Of a DNA stretch of 64,000 bases, positions 19,399-27,713 are shown in pieces. The position numbers and the translations under genes were made by a program. Origin of the DNA: Candidatus Omnitrophota bacterium (lineage in GTDB: Bacteria > Omnitrophota > Gorgyraeia > JAGLLT01); assembly GCA_030632085.1 (NCBI GenBank), contig DAOVJY010000001.1, positions 142,289 through 206,288 of the forward strand, written 5' to 3'. Each line of letters opens with the position of its first letter. Position 1 is the stretch's first letter. The notes under the pieces were generated by a model. It made no database searches. It was not told the DNA's origin and was given only the letters and a program-made list of their open reading frames with translations.

Positions 19399-20672
19399 TT
19401 TATTTCTCCCGGGTGTGTTATATGGCCTGTAATAGCTGAAGCCGCGGCTACGGCCGGATTTGATAAATAAACCTGGCTTTCTACATGCCCCATACGGCCG
19501 ACAAAGTTTCTATTGGTTGTAGCCAGGGCCACCTCACCCTTATCCAAAATACCGCAATGGCCGCCTAAACAGGGCCCGCAGGTAGGCATGGTAAAGACGC
19601 CGCCGGACCTAACAAAAATATCAACCAGGCCTTCTTTTATGGCCTCTAAATATATCTTCTGGGTTGCGGGAATAACTATTAAACGCATCCCCTTTTGAAC
19701 CTTTTTACCTTTTAAGATACCGGCCGCTTCTCTTAAATCACTTATCCTGCCGTTTGTACAAGAACCGATTACAACCTGGTCTAATTTAATCTTATTTAAC
19801 TTATTAACCGCTTTAACGTTTGAAGGCAGATGCGGACAGGCAACCTGCGGCTGCATATCCGAAAAGTCATATTCTAAAACCTCGCTATAAACAGCGTCTT
19901 TATCGCTCTTATAAAACTCAATATCTCTTTTGATACCGTTTTCTTTCATGCGTTCTTTGACATATTCTTTAGTTATTTCATCGGCAGTTATTATACCGTT
20001 TTTACCTCCGGCCTCAATTGCCATATTACACATGGTAAAACGGCCGTCCATGGACAGCTGTTCTATTACGGGGCCGGTAAACTCCATAGCTTTATATATA
20101 GCACCGTCAACACCTATTTGACCAATAGTGTATAAAATCAAATCTTTACCGCTAACCCATTTATTTAATTTACCTTTATAAATAAACTTAATTGTCTCCG
20201 GCACTTTAAACCAGACTCTTCCGGTCGCAAACGCGAATGCCAGGTCGGTTGAACCGACTCCGGTAGAAAACGCCCCCAGAGCCCCATAAGTACAGGTATG
20301 TGAGTCAGCTCCAATTACTAAATCTCCGGGTAAGACTAAACCCTTCTCAGGCAATAAAGCATGCTCGATACCCACTTGCCCAAGTTCAAAGTAGTTGGTT
20401 ATCTGATGCTTATCCGCAAACTCCTTTAACTTTTTACAGTTGGCGGCACTTTGCTGATCCTTTGCCGGTGTAAAGTGATCAGGCACTAAGGCAATCTTAT
20501 CTCTACTAAAGACTTTCTTAACTTTAGCCTTCTCAAACTCATTAATGGCAACCGGTGCGGTAATATCATTACCCAGGCATAAGTCTATCTTGGCGTCAAT
20601 AAACTCACCCGGTGCGATTGATTTCTTATTAGTGTGATTCAATAATATTTTTTCTGTTATTGTATAACCCAT
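19395..20672 (-). CDS. leuC: 3-isopropylmalate dehydratase large subunit
   Basis: Aconitase-family catalytic domain with Cys ligands (CTNGR, CGPC). Confidence 0.85.
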   Translation of the reverse strand: MGYTITEKILLNHTNKKSIAPGEFIDAKIDLCLGNDITAPVAINEFEKAKVKKVFSRDKIALVPDHFTPAKDQQSAANCKKLKEFADKHQITNYFELGQVGIEHALLPEKGLVLPGDLVIGADSHTCTYGALGAFSTGVGSTDLAFAFATGRVWFKVPETIKFIYKGKLNKWVSGKDLILYTIGQIGVDGAIYKAMEFTGPVIEQLSMDGRFTMCNMAIEAGGKNGIITADEITKEYVKERMKENGIKRDIEFYKSDKDAVYSEVLEYDFSDMQPQVACPHLPSNVKAVNKLNKIKLDQVVIGSCTNGRISDLREAAGILKGKKVQKGMRLIVIPATQKIYLEAIKEGLVDIFVRSGGVFTMPTCGPCLGGHCGILDKGEVALATTNRNFVGRMGHVESQVYLSNPAVAAASAITGHITHPGEIK

Positions 20673-20689
20673 CTTTTTCCTTATATTTA

Positions 20690-21097
20690 TTATAGAATGA
20701 TTTCTATAGCGTGATATGGACAGATGTCAACGCAGAGCCCGCAGGCAATGCATTTACTCTTATCAAAGGTAACGGTCATCTTCTCTCTATTGACGCTAAA
20801 CGCTTTGGTAGGACAGATTCCAACACATGCCGTGCAGTGAATGCACTTCTTCTTATCCCATTTAATATCACTGGTTAACGATTGAGTATTAGCACCTATC
20901 TCATGTAAATACTTAAGGCCTTTCTCAAGGTCTTCTTTTTTACCTGTAAGCTCAACCACTAAAAGGCCTTCTTCGTTAGGCATTACTCTGGCCTTCATGA
21001 TGTTGACTATCAGGTTATAATCCTTTACCAGGTGATATGTTATGGGTTTTTCAACTAATTGATGCGGAAAAGTTATAACTACTCTTTTCTTGACCAT
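20690..21097 (-). CDS. NIL-domain / 2x[4Fe-4S] ferredoxin-domain protein
   Basis: [12 protein letters not shown] and [12 protein letters not shown] clusters follow a NIL-like N-terminal domain. Confidence 0.65.
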   Translation of the reverse strand: MVKKRVVITFPHQLVEKPITYHLVKDYNLIVNIMKARVMPNEEGLLVVELTGKKEDLEKGLKYLHEIGANTQSLTSDIKWDKKKCIHCTACVGICPTKAFSVNREKMTVTFDKSKCIACGLCVDICPYHAIEIIL

Positions 21098-21233
21098 ATT
21101 TTCTCCTTAAAATTACGAGTTTATTATACACAGATTAGGAATTATTGGCAAGCTTTTTTAGAGAAAATAGTTGGATTGCGGCTAGGGCGCCTGAGCACCG
21201 CGTACCACTTCGTAGGTGGAAATAGATTTTAGG

Positions 21234-21262
21234 TTGAATATTCAGCATATCTTATGTATAAT
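21234..21262 (+). promoter_or_regulatory. Near-consensus sigma70-type promoter TTGAAT-17-TATAAT (TG-extended), upstream of mntA/hepT
   Basis: TTGAATATTCAGCATATCTTATGTATAAT. The same module appears at 22132-22160 (plus) and as reverse-complement copies upstream of minus-strand genes. Confidence 0.7.
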
Positions 21263-21351
21263 ATATATAGTTTAAAAAAGCTTTAAAAGAAAGCTTAGTT
21301 ACTAATTGGCAGATGGAAAAAAGATAAAATTTCAGAAAGTGTTCTAATTAT

Positions 21352-21621
21352 ATGATTACTGAATCTGATAAAAAAACAATTGAGGAAATATCTAAGCGAT
21401 ATCACGTAAAGCGTGTGATGATATTTGGGTCAAGCTTATCTTCATCCGAGGAAAGCCGCGATATTGATATTGCCGTGGAAGGAATTCCTTCGAAGGATTT
21501 CTATCGTTATTATGGAGATCTTATATTCGCTCTGTCAAAACCAGTGGATATTGTTGACCTTTCAGGTACATCAAAATTTTCAAAACTAATTAGGCAGGAG
21601 GGTACATTCCTCTATGGCTGA
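21352..21621 (+). CDS. mntA: MntA-type minimal nucleotidyltransferase antitoxin (HepT/MntA type VII TA)
   Basis: GS...SRDIDIAV nucleotidyltransferase motif is present. It is followed by a HEPN gene with an 8-nt overlap. Confidence 0.75.
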   Translation: MITESDKKTIEEISKRYHVKRVMIFGSSLSSSEESRDIDIAVEGIPSKDFYRYYGDLIFALSKPVDIVDLSGTSKFSKLIRQEGTFLYG

Positions 21622-22029
21622 TTATAAAATACGTATTGAAGCTGAATATGAATCTATTGAAAAAACTATTTCTTCTCTTCCCGAAATACCTTTATCGCAA
21701 CTTTCAGAGCTAGAACTTGCCGGAGTAGCAGCCTTGCTCCATAATTTTATAATGGTATCGAAAATGTTCTAAAACAGGTATTTCAGAAATCAGGGTTCCA
21801 AATACCTCAAGGGGCATCCTGGCATAGAGATTTACTTCTTGAAGCTGTAGATAAAAAGATTATTTCTACCTTGCTTATGGATAATTTAAAACGTTTTTTG
21901 GCTTTCCGGCATTTTTTTGGACACGCGTATGCTTTAGATCTTTTTCCAGAGAGAATGGAACCTCTCGTTTCAGATTCCTCGAATGTATTCAAACAGTTTA
22001 AATCTGAAGTAAATAAAGCAATAGACTAG
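21614..22029 (+). pseudogene. hepT: HepT (HEPN) toxin interrupted by a -1 frameshift in a T-tract (~21746-21749)
   Basis: Frame 1 gives [45 protein letters not shown] then a stop. Frame 2 continues [15 protein letters not shown]...[12 protein letters not shown] with the R-x4-HxY HEPN motif. Inserting one T into TTTT restores [13 protein letters not shown]. Confidence 0.65.
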
Positions 22030-22042
22030 CAAACTATAAATA

Positions 22043-22061
22043 AAAGGTGTCTGTCCCCTTT
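22043..22061 (+). repeat. Family-A hairpin copy, 13 nt after the plus-strand hepT stop
   Basis: Same plus-strand orientation as copies following minus-strand genes. Confidence 0.9.
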
Positions 22062-22131
22062 AAACCCTTTAAAAGAGTAAATCACCTTCATTTGGTATAT
22101 ATTCAGGCTTACTTAAATCAAACGCATAAGT

Positions 22132-22160
22132 TTGAATATTCAGCGTATTTTATGTATAAT
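22132..22160 (+). promoter_or_regulatory. Promoter TTGAAT-17-TATAAT plus conserved leader to the GTG at 22228
   Basis: The leader ...AAAGTTCCTTAAAAAACGAAGTTTGTATATTTATTGTTAGGAGAAAAAAG is shared with the minus-strand copies. Confidence 0.7.
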
Positions 22161-22227
22161 ATATGTATACCGTTAAAGTTCCTTAAAAAACGAAGTTTGT
22201 ATATTTATTGTTAGGAGAAAAAAGAGA

Positions 22228-22494
22228 GTGACTAAAAAACTACAGATGGTATTAAGCAGATTGTTATTGGTTTGCGCTTTGTTAGTTTTGGCAGTTGTCT
22301 TCCATATGGTTCTTGTGGTTCCCAAAGCTATGTCGCAGGCAAGTGACATGGCAAGACAGCTTTCGGCTCCCGAGAAGTTCGTCTACAACCTTAGCGGCAT
22401 ATGCATCACATACTGGATTCTTATCATCCCGATTCTTGTTTTCATCGTAATTGGAGCAATAATCTGGGTGATGGTTTCGAGAATTGAAACATAG
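22228..22494 (+). CDS. Small membrane protein (GTG start)
   Basis: 88 aa with two TM helices. It lies about 65 nt downstream of a consensus promoter plus conserved leader. Confidence 0.45.
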   Translation: MTKKLQMVLSRLLLVCALLVLAVVFHMVLVVPKAMSQASDMARQLSAPEKFVYNLSGICITYWILIIPILVFIVIGAIIWVMVSRIET

Positions 22495-22721
22495 AAGAAT
22501 TCCGCTAACAACGCGCCGCAACAGATTCCGAAATGACGGAACCGCTGAGTTCAAACGCAAAATAATAAATAATATAGAAACGTACTATACGCTTAAAATC
22601 ATAGTATATATTTTTTATGTAGAATTATTGCGAGCTTTTTTAGATAAAACGTTAGATTGCGGCTAGATATCCTCCGCACCCTGTACCATTTCGTAGGTGT
22701 TATTAGAATGACAAATAAATA

Positions 22722-22740
22722 AAAGGTGTCTGTCCCCTTT
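22722..22740 (+). repeat. Family-A hairpin copy
   Basis: 72 nt from the stop of methyltransferase 22813..23517. Confidence 0.9.
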
Positions 22741-22812
22741 TCCCTTTTTCTTTTTATTGGAAAATATTTATTTTTAAGAAAAAAGGTTCTGGGTATTTTT
22801 TACCTTCATTTA

Positions 22813-23517
22813 TTATTGGAGGCGAACCCTCAACATTTCGTTTCCGCCTTTTTGAAATTCGTAAGGTACTTTCTTTATATCGACCACAAAACCGCCTTTT
22901 TCAAGTCTATCTACGACTGTCTCGAGATGTCTTGATTTTTTGGCTCCCAACTCCAACAGGGGAAATATCCTTACCTCAGATGCAACCCGACAAAGTTCTT
23001 CTATTGACTGAATATGAAAATCTTCTGAAAGGTGCTCGCTGTAGAGAAAGAGAAAGTGAGAACATAAGGCAATGTCAAATTCTCGAGCTTTGAATGGAAG
23101 TGTGGGCAAACTCGCGTCTACATAACGACCTTCCTTTAAACCTGCCACATAATCGGATAAGAAGTTGTTCATAGCAGCCATACGAACTTTGCCGAGTTCC
23201 TTAACTGATGAAATATGTCTCCACACAAACTCATTTTTGTTCTTTCTGGTCTGTTCCATGATCTCTTCATATGTTTCATCCATTCGATTTCTTATTTCAT
23301 CTGCACTGAAACGGTAAATCGGATCAACAGAAACTACATGGCCTCCACGATGTTTCATCATGCAATTAAAGCTTGCGGGACCGTCGCAACATCCCAGAAA
23401 CCGCTTCCTAAGCTCTTTTTTCGCTAAGGCAAACATTGCCAAATATTCGTTGAAGGATCGTCCCCAAGGAACTACTTTTTCCAAAGTGAAAGCCATCTTG
23501 CTTTTCCTATTTGCCAT
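22813..23517 (-). CDS. Probable class I SAM-dependent methyltransferase
   Basis: FLGCCDGPASF motif-I-like sequence and a distal FDIALCSHFLFL motif are present. Confidence 0.5.
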   Translation of the reverse strand: MANRKSKMAFTLEKVVPWGRSFNEYLAMFALAKKELRKRFLGCCDGPASFNCMMKHRGGHVVSVDPIYRFSADEIRNRMDETYEEIMEQTRKNKNEFVWRHISSVKELGKVRMAAMNNFLSDYVAGLKEGRYVDASLPTLPFKAREFDIALCSHFLFLYSEHLSEDFHIQSIEELCRVASEVRIFPLLELGAKKSRHLETVVDRLEKGGFVVDIKKVPYEFQKGGNEMLRVRLQ

Positions 23518-23584
23518 ATAACGGTTGAAATCACCTGCTTGAAAAATCGCACAGCGATTATTTCAAGTCAGGTGCATTGATTTG

Positions 23585-24139
23585 TTAGATGTCCCCTTTT
23601 AATTTTGTTTTATACAATAGACAACAATCCCATTCATCCAAAGAATAAACAGACATGCAGTCCAAGATAAATTCTTCCTTTGGAAAAGAACTGCCAAGAA
23701 GTTCTTCCATTGTTTTTTCAGAACCATCTGTGAATCTTGCAATTGAACAATGCGGAGTATAATGATGTGGGTTGTTATTAAATCTGAGATTTGTATCGAT
23801 TATCTTTTTCTGAAGCAATGAAAATGGTTTTAAAACTCTTGGCTCCAAATAGCACATTTTAGTATTTGGGAAATGAGTAATTCTTGAAAAAGCAGTTTTA
23901 ATAGGTGAAAAATTCTGTGCAATTTGTTCTAAGGTTTCGAAAACAAATGATGGTTTTTGATCATTTTTAAGTATTCCAACTCCAGATGACCCAATAATTG
24001 TTATTTCAACAGGAATTACTGTGCGTTGTTTCTCATATTGCATGCGAAGTGCCATAACCTTACTAGATACTGGTTCAGGTATATCTAAAACAACATATGT
24101 ATCGTGTTCAAATTTTTCCATATCTTTTGCACCTAACAA
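23585..24139 (-). CDS. Hypothetical protein (possible 2H-phosphoesterase-like fold, weak)
   Basis: HYTPHCSIARF is weakly H-x-T/S-x-like. The likely start is MEKFEH at about 24121. A conserved promoter/leader lies upstream. Confidence 0.3.
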   Translation of the reverse strand: MLGAKDMEKFEHDTYVVLDIPEPVSSKVMALRMQYEKQRTVIPVEITIIGSSGVGILKNDQKPSFVFETLEQIAQNFSPIKTAFSRITHFPNTKMCYLEPRVLKPFSLLQKKIIDTNLRFNNNPHHYTPHCSIARFTDGSEKTMEELLGSSFPKEEFILDCMSVYSLDEWDCCLLYKTKLKGDI

Positions 24140-24187
24140 TTAATATACGAACTTCGTTTTTTAAGGAATTTTAATATCTATGTCAAT

Positions 24188-24216
24188 ATTATACGCTGGT
24201 AGTGAGCAAGTTTCAA
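24188..24216 (-). promoter_or_regulatory. Promoter TTGAAA-17-TATAAT plus conserved leader for gene 23585..24139
   Basis: Reverse complement reads cagcTTGAAActtgctcactaccagcgTATAAT, then ...AATTCCTTAAAAAACGAAGTTCGTATATTAATTGTTAGGTGCAAAAGATATG. Confidence 0.7.
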
Positions 24217-24324
24217 GCTGAAATCCTATATTCTATTTCGTAATTTGTCTATGATATGCAGAGGATGTTGTTCGAGGTTAAACCTCGAACATACCTTGAA
24301 CATGAGTTTAGGATAAAATATTGT

Positions 24325-24341
24325 ATCACCGCGGCGGTGAT
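24325..24341. terminator. Perfect GC-rich palindrome ATCACCGCGGCGGTGAT
   Basis: Located between genes 24449..24847 and 23585..24139. Confidence 0.5.
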
Positions 24342-24395
24342 ATTAAGGGAATTAGGTTTGAGTTTGGGTTTGGGTAGTTGGAAGGTCTAAACTAA

Positions 24396-24415
24396 AAAGG
24401 GAGTTGACCCCTTTT
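24396..24415 (+). repeat. Family-B hairpin plus pyrimidine tract
   Basis: Followed by CCTTTTTACCCCTTTTCCTTTTTCTTTTCC. It is 33 nt from the stop of 24449..24847. Confidence 0.85.
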
Positions 24416-24448
24416 CCTTTTTACCCCTTTTCCTTTTTCTTTTCCTTT

Positions 24449-24847
24449 TTATGAATTTTCGACTTTCTTTTTGTTGGGTAAAAATCCAGAAATAACCCAG
24501 AGGATACCCAAGTACGAGATTACAGGAATAATTCCAAGCCCAAAAAACTCTGTCCAGCTTTGGCTCTTGCCCCGATAACTGCGATATGGTTCCAAGGCAA
24601 CAAAGAAACCCGCTACCCATAAAACTGAAATGAGCACAACGAGACGAATAGCGCCTTTGTTTCCTCTAATAATATGACCGCCAAGATAACTTAGGCCAAA
24701 TGACCCAATGGCTATGCCAGCTGTAATGGCAGAAATAAAACCCCAATCTTCAGATGAAGGTGGAGATCCAATCGCACTCACAATACCCACATAAATAATC
24801 CAGACAACTAAACAAGTGCCACAAATCCAAAAACTAATCTTTATCAT
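24449..24847 (-). CDS. Hypothetical integral membrane protein
   Basis: 132 aa with four TM helices. Confidence 0.45.
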   Translation of the reverse strand: MIKISFWICGTCLVVWIIYVGIVSAIGSPPSSEDWGFISAITAGIAIGSFGLSYLGGHIIRGNKGAIRLVVLISVLWVAGFFVALEPYRSYRGKSQSWTEFFGLGIIPVISYLGILWVISGFLPNKKKVENS

Positions 24848-24946
24848 TAAATATATCCTTTCACTTTCTCATACCAACTAATATAAGTATTTTTTAAACA
24901 ACCCCCTCATGCCGCTACCAGATGCCCTGGCTCATGTTCTCTCATA

Positions 24947-24965
24947 AAAGGTGTCTGTCCCCTTT
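24947..24965 (+). repeat. Family-A hairpin copy adjacent to oppF-3'-end remnant 1
   Basis: Directly 3' (plus coordinates) of the remnant at 24907-24943. Confidence 0.85.
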
Positions 24966-25135
24966 AAACCCCCTTTAAACCGTAATTTACCTATGATATG
25001 CAGAGTACGTTGTCCGAGGCTTAGCCTCGGACATAAAATAGCCTCGGAGGTGGTATGTGGGGATTAGGTTTGAGTTTGGATATTTGGTATGTTCTATGTA
25101 TAATGTATATCGGTGGGATTAAAGGTCTAAACTAA

Positions 25136-25158
25136 AAAGGGAGTTGACCCCTTTTTAA
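25136..25158 (+). repeat. Family-B hairpin copy
   Basis: Preceded by AGGTCTAAACTAAAA, identical to the sequence before the copy at 24396. Confidence 0.85.
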
Positions 25159-25387
25159 TAGCTTTTCATTAAAAGCATTTTGTTCGTTTGCAAGAAAATC
25201 ATGCAATTTAGTCATAGTTTATAGATAATTTTCATATAGCAACTTCTATTTATATTTATTTACAAGCAATTATAACATCATACGTAAGTATTATACACTA
25301 GCAGTAAATTAGTTTCAACCCCAAAAAATCACACCTTCGCCAGATGCTCTATCTCATGCTCTCGAAAAAAAGAAAAAAAGTATGATC

Positions 25388-25410
25388 AAAAGGTGTCTGT
25401 CCTCTTTTTT
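25388..25410 (+). repeat. Family-A variant (…GTCCTCTTTTTT), 50 nt from the dam stop
   Basis: AAAAGGTGTCTGTCCTCTTTTTT. Confidence 0.75.
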
Positions 25411-25460
25411 CACTACTACTCTTCCTATTCTTGGCATATATAGCTATTGCTATTTAATGT

Positions 25461-26369
25461 TTAGAATGTCAATAAATAGTCGCTGTCCCTATTTAAAAAT
25501 ACAGGGGATTTGAGTGCGCGCACAGAATCAACAAAATCTATTTCATCACAAAAAACAAGTAGCTCATTCCCAATCCTATTAGATGTAGATTGAGAAAGTT
25601 TATGTATAAGTTTGCTTTCTTTTGCATATAGATTCAAAATAAATTTATGTGTGTCATATGAAACTATCCATTTCTTGCGTAATTGATGGACTTTTTCAGA
25701 AAGTCTTTTATGATCTTCTTTTGAATAGAAATTCATATAGAGATTTGCACCTTGCTGACAATAAGGAGGATCTAAGTAAATAAATGTTTCTTCTTTTCTC
25801 TTATCAAGTTGTTTGATAAATTGAATGCCGTCAAAATTTGAAACTGAAATACGACTCTTAACAGTTTCCAATTTATGTATTCTATCAATTAAGTTCCGCT
25901 TATTAAATCTTGCATCAATTTTATATTTACCTCTCTGTTTAAGTCCGCCGATAGCACCACCTTTTATTATCCCAGAAATATTTGTTCTATTGAGAAAAAA
26001 AGTCGATTTGGCAAGTTCAAATAAACTAACATCATTGGCTTGTTTTTGAATATTTTTATACTTTTGCCAATTGCGCATACTAACCTTAACATTTTTAATC
26101 CAATCACAAAATTCATCTGGATAATCAATTACTGTTTTCCAAAAAGCATATATAGATATATCAAGGTCGTTTATATAAATATGATTTACATAACCTTCAA
26201 ATAACAATCTAAGTGCCAATCCTGCCCCACCTGCATATGGTTCTGCATAATTTATCCCAATTAAATGGTTTTCATAAAACAATCGGGATATAAATGGAAA
26301 TATACAATTCTTCCCTCCCGGATATCTCAATGGGGAATAAAACCTAGTCATATTACTTATCCTTTTCAT
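25461..26369 (-). CDS. Dam-family N6-adenine DNA methyltransferase (D12 class)
   Basis: RYPGGK, EPYAGGAGL (motif I) and YLDPPY (motif IV) are present. Confidence 0.85.
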   Translation of the reverse strand: MKRISNMTRFYSPLRYPGGKNCIFPFISRLFYENHLIGINYAEPYAGGAGLALRLLFEGYVNHIYINDLDISIYAFWKTVIDYPDEFCDWIKNVKVSMRNWQKYKNIQKQANDVSLFELAKSTFFLNRTNISGIIKGGAIGGLKQRGKYKIDARFNKRNLIDRIHKLETVKSRISVSNFDGIQFIKQLDKRKEETFIYLDPPYCQQGANLYMNFYSKEDHKRLSEKVHQLRKKWIVSYDTHKFILNLYAKESKLIHKLSQSTSNRIGNELLVFCDEIDFVDSVRALKSPVFLNRDSDYLLTF

Positions 26370-27597
26370 GAGTAATGCTTAATATTGCTCCAATAATTAA
26401 TGATATAGCTATAGTTTGATCAAGATTAGTTGATGATTCATAAGAATGCGCACCTGTTTGAAGCAATTGAACAATGCTTTTTTTTGTAACATTTTGATTA
26501 GCTAGTGTAGTTTTAGCATCTATATTAAGTGCTTTTTTCGCATCGTTAAAATATTTAATCAAATACTTGCCAGTCACCATCCTTTTGTCCTTAGCTGCAG
26601 TTTCACATAATAAGCGTAAAGACATTCTGATTATAGCTGGAAACATTTGTGATAAGCGCTTTTTTTCAGTAATATAAAATTCATACAAATCTACTATATC
26701 TCTATAAAAATTACTAGTATTTCCTGGATTCAAATAAAGATGACCTCCAAAAAGATCAGTTTTTTTATATGTTCTCTTTGTGCGCCTTTTATCTTTTATT
26801 ATACTAGTTAATTTCTTAAATTTTATTTTAGACAGATGAAATTTATTTTTTTTATTTTTATCAATTGATGCCTGGTTTGATGGCATCAATTTTTCGACAA
26901 TTTTCCCTCTATTTTTTCTTGTTGTTATTATCTTTTCAGCAATTTTTCTTGAAACATCAGAAAGAATAGCATGCGCTTTCTTATTACTGTGTTTGCTATA
27001 TAGTTTTCCATCTCTAAATTGAAATCCCATATTTTTTAATATGTCTTCTCTAAATACCTCTTCCTTAACAAAGCGCTGATTCAAATGCGGGTTTAAACTA
27101 ATAATACCTGTATTTTCATCCAATATAAGAAATATGCTTTTCTTTTTATTCATAAATTTGTGCACGAAAATATCTCTCTCAAGTGATTGCCAAGAACCAG
27201 TATCACTATGTTTTCGATAGATATTCTTTATAGCTATGCTCTCTGAGCATACATTACAAGGTATTTTTTCTGGAAATTCAGGAATTTTAACTTTCGATTT
27301 TGTTGGATCAATAGCTAAGCCGTGCTTGATTTTCCCTAGTATAATTCTTCTATTACCATCATATACAATGGGTCTTTTATCATGATATACCACAGTGGGA
27401 ATTTCACTAAAATCATAATAACTCCCCATCTCTTTTGCCAATTTTGCTAATGACCATTTTCCAAGAGGGTCTTGAAATGCCTTGTTTACAATGGCCTGAT
27501 CCACTGCATCTTTATTAATGGGGTCTCTGGGGTTTTCAGTCCACAAAACTAAATCTTTAATATTTATATATTCAATTTTCTGACTCATGATTAGCAT
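26353..27597 (-). CDS. ParB/Srx-like (DUF262/DGQQR-like) N-terminal domain protein, partner of the Dam methyltransferase
   Basis: The N-terminus INIKDLVLWTENPRD...PIVYDGNRRII resembles the ParB-like/DGQ(H/Q)R motif. The C-terminal ~250 aa is lysine-rich and unassigned. It overlaps the methyltransferase gene by 17 nt. Confidence 0.5.
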   Translation of the reverse strand: MLIMSQKIEYINIKDLVLWTENPRDPINKDAVDQAIVNKAFQDPLGKWSLAKLAKEMGSYYDFSEIPTVVYHDKRPIVYDGNRRIILGKIKHGLAIDPTKSKVKIPEFPEKIPCNVCSESIAIKNIYRKHSDTGSWQSLERDIFVHKFMNKKKSIFLILDENTGIISLNPHLNQRFVKEEVFREDILKNMGFQFRDGKLYSKHSNKKAHAILSDVSRKIAEKIITTRKNRGKIVEKLMPSNQASIDKNKKNKFHLSKIKFKKLTSIIKDKRRTKRTYKKTDLFGGHLYLNPGNTSNFYRDIVDLYEFYITEKKRLSQMFPAIIRMSLRLLCETAAKDKRMVTGKYLIKYFNDAKKALNIDAKTTLANQNVTKKSIVQLLQTGAHSYESSTNLDQTIAISLIIGAILSITHEKDK

Positions 27598-27713
27598 ACC
27601 TCATTTTTTTACTTCATATTATATGTAACATTATGATAGAACTGAAGACGAACAATGCATTAATTAACATTATATATCACTTATAAATTTGATTCAATAT
27701 AACTTTTACCATC

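Noticed and set aside
21807-21992. 61-aa minus-strand ORF; also the plus-strand ORF at 22484..22666
   Set aside because: The first lies antisense within hepT. The second spans intergenic repeat sequence with no RBS or promoter context.
24387-24620. 77-aa minus-strand ORF ending KRKRKRKRGKKEKG
   Set aside because: It overlaps the family-B hairpin and the pyrimidine-tract repeat and the 3' end of the membrane gene 24449..24847. It is an artefact of low-complexity repeat sequence.
25159-25328. Possible small gene between remnant copy 2 and hairpin B4
   Set aside because: No ORF above 30 codons with an RBS. The sequence is AT-rich and resembles degraded spacer.
7727-25460. Could the repeated hairpins be a CRISPR array?
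   Set aside because: Spacing between copies is irregular (about 30 nt to over 9 kb) and the intervening DNA is protein-coding genes. The repeats are 19-23 nt hairpins of two families. No cas genes are present.
7727-25460. Classical integron cassette array
   Set aside because: No intI or attI is in the window. The hairpins are much shorter than attC (57-141 bp) and lack the R''/L''/L'/R' core structure. Cassette genes are on both strands and several carry their own strong promoters. A looser cassette-like mechanism is kept as a hypothesis only.
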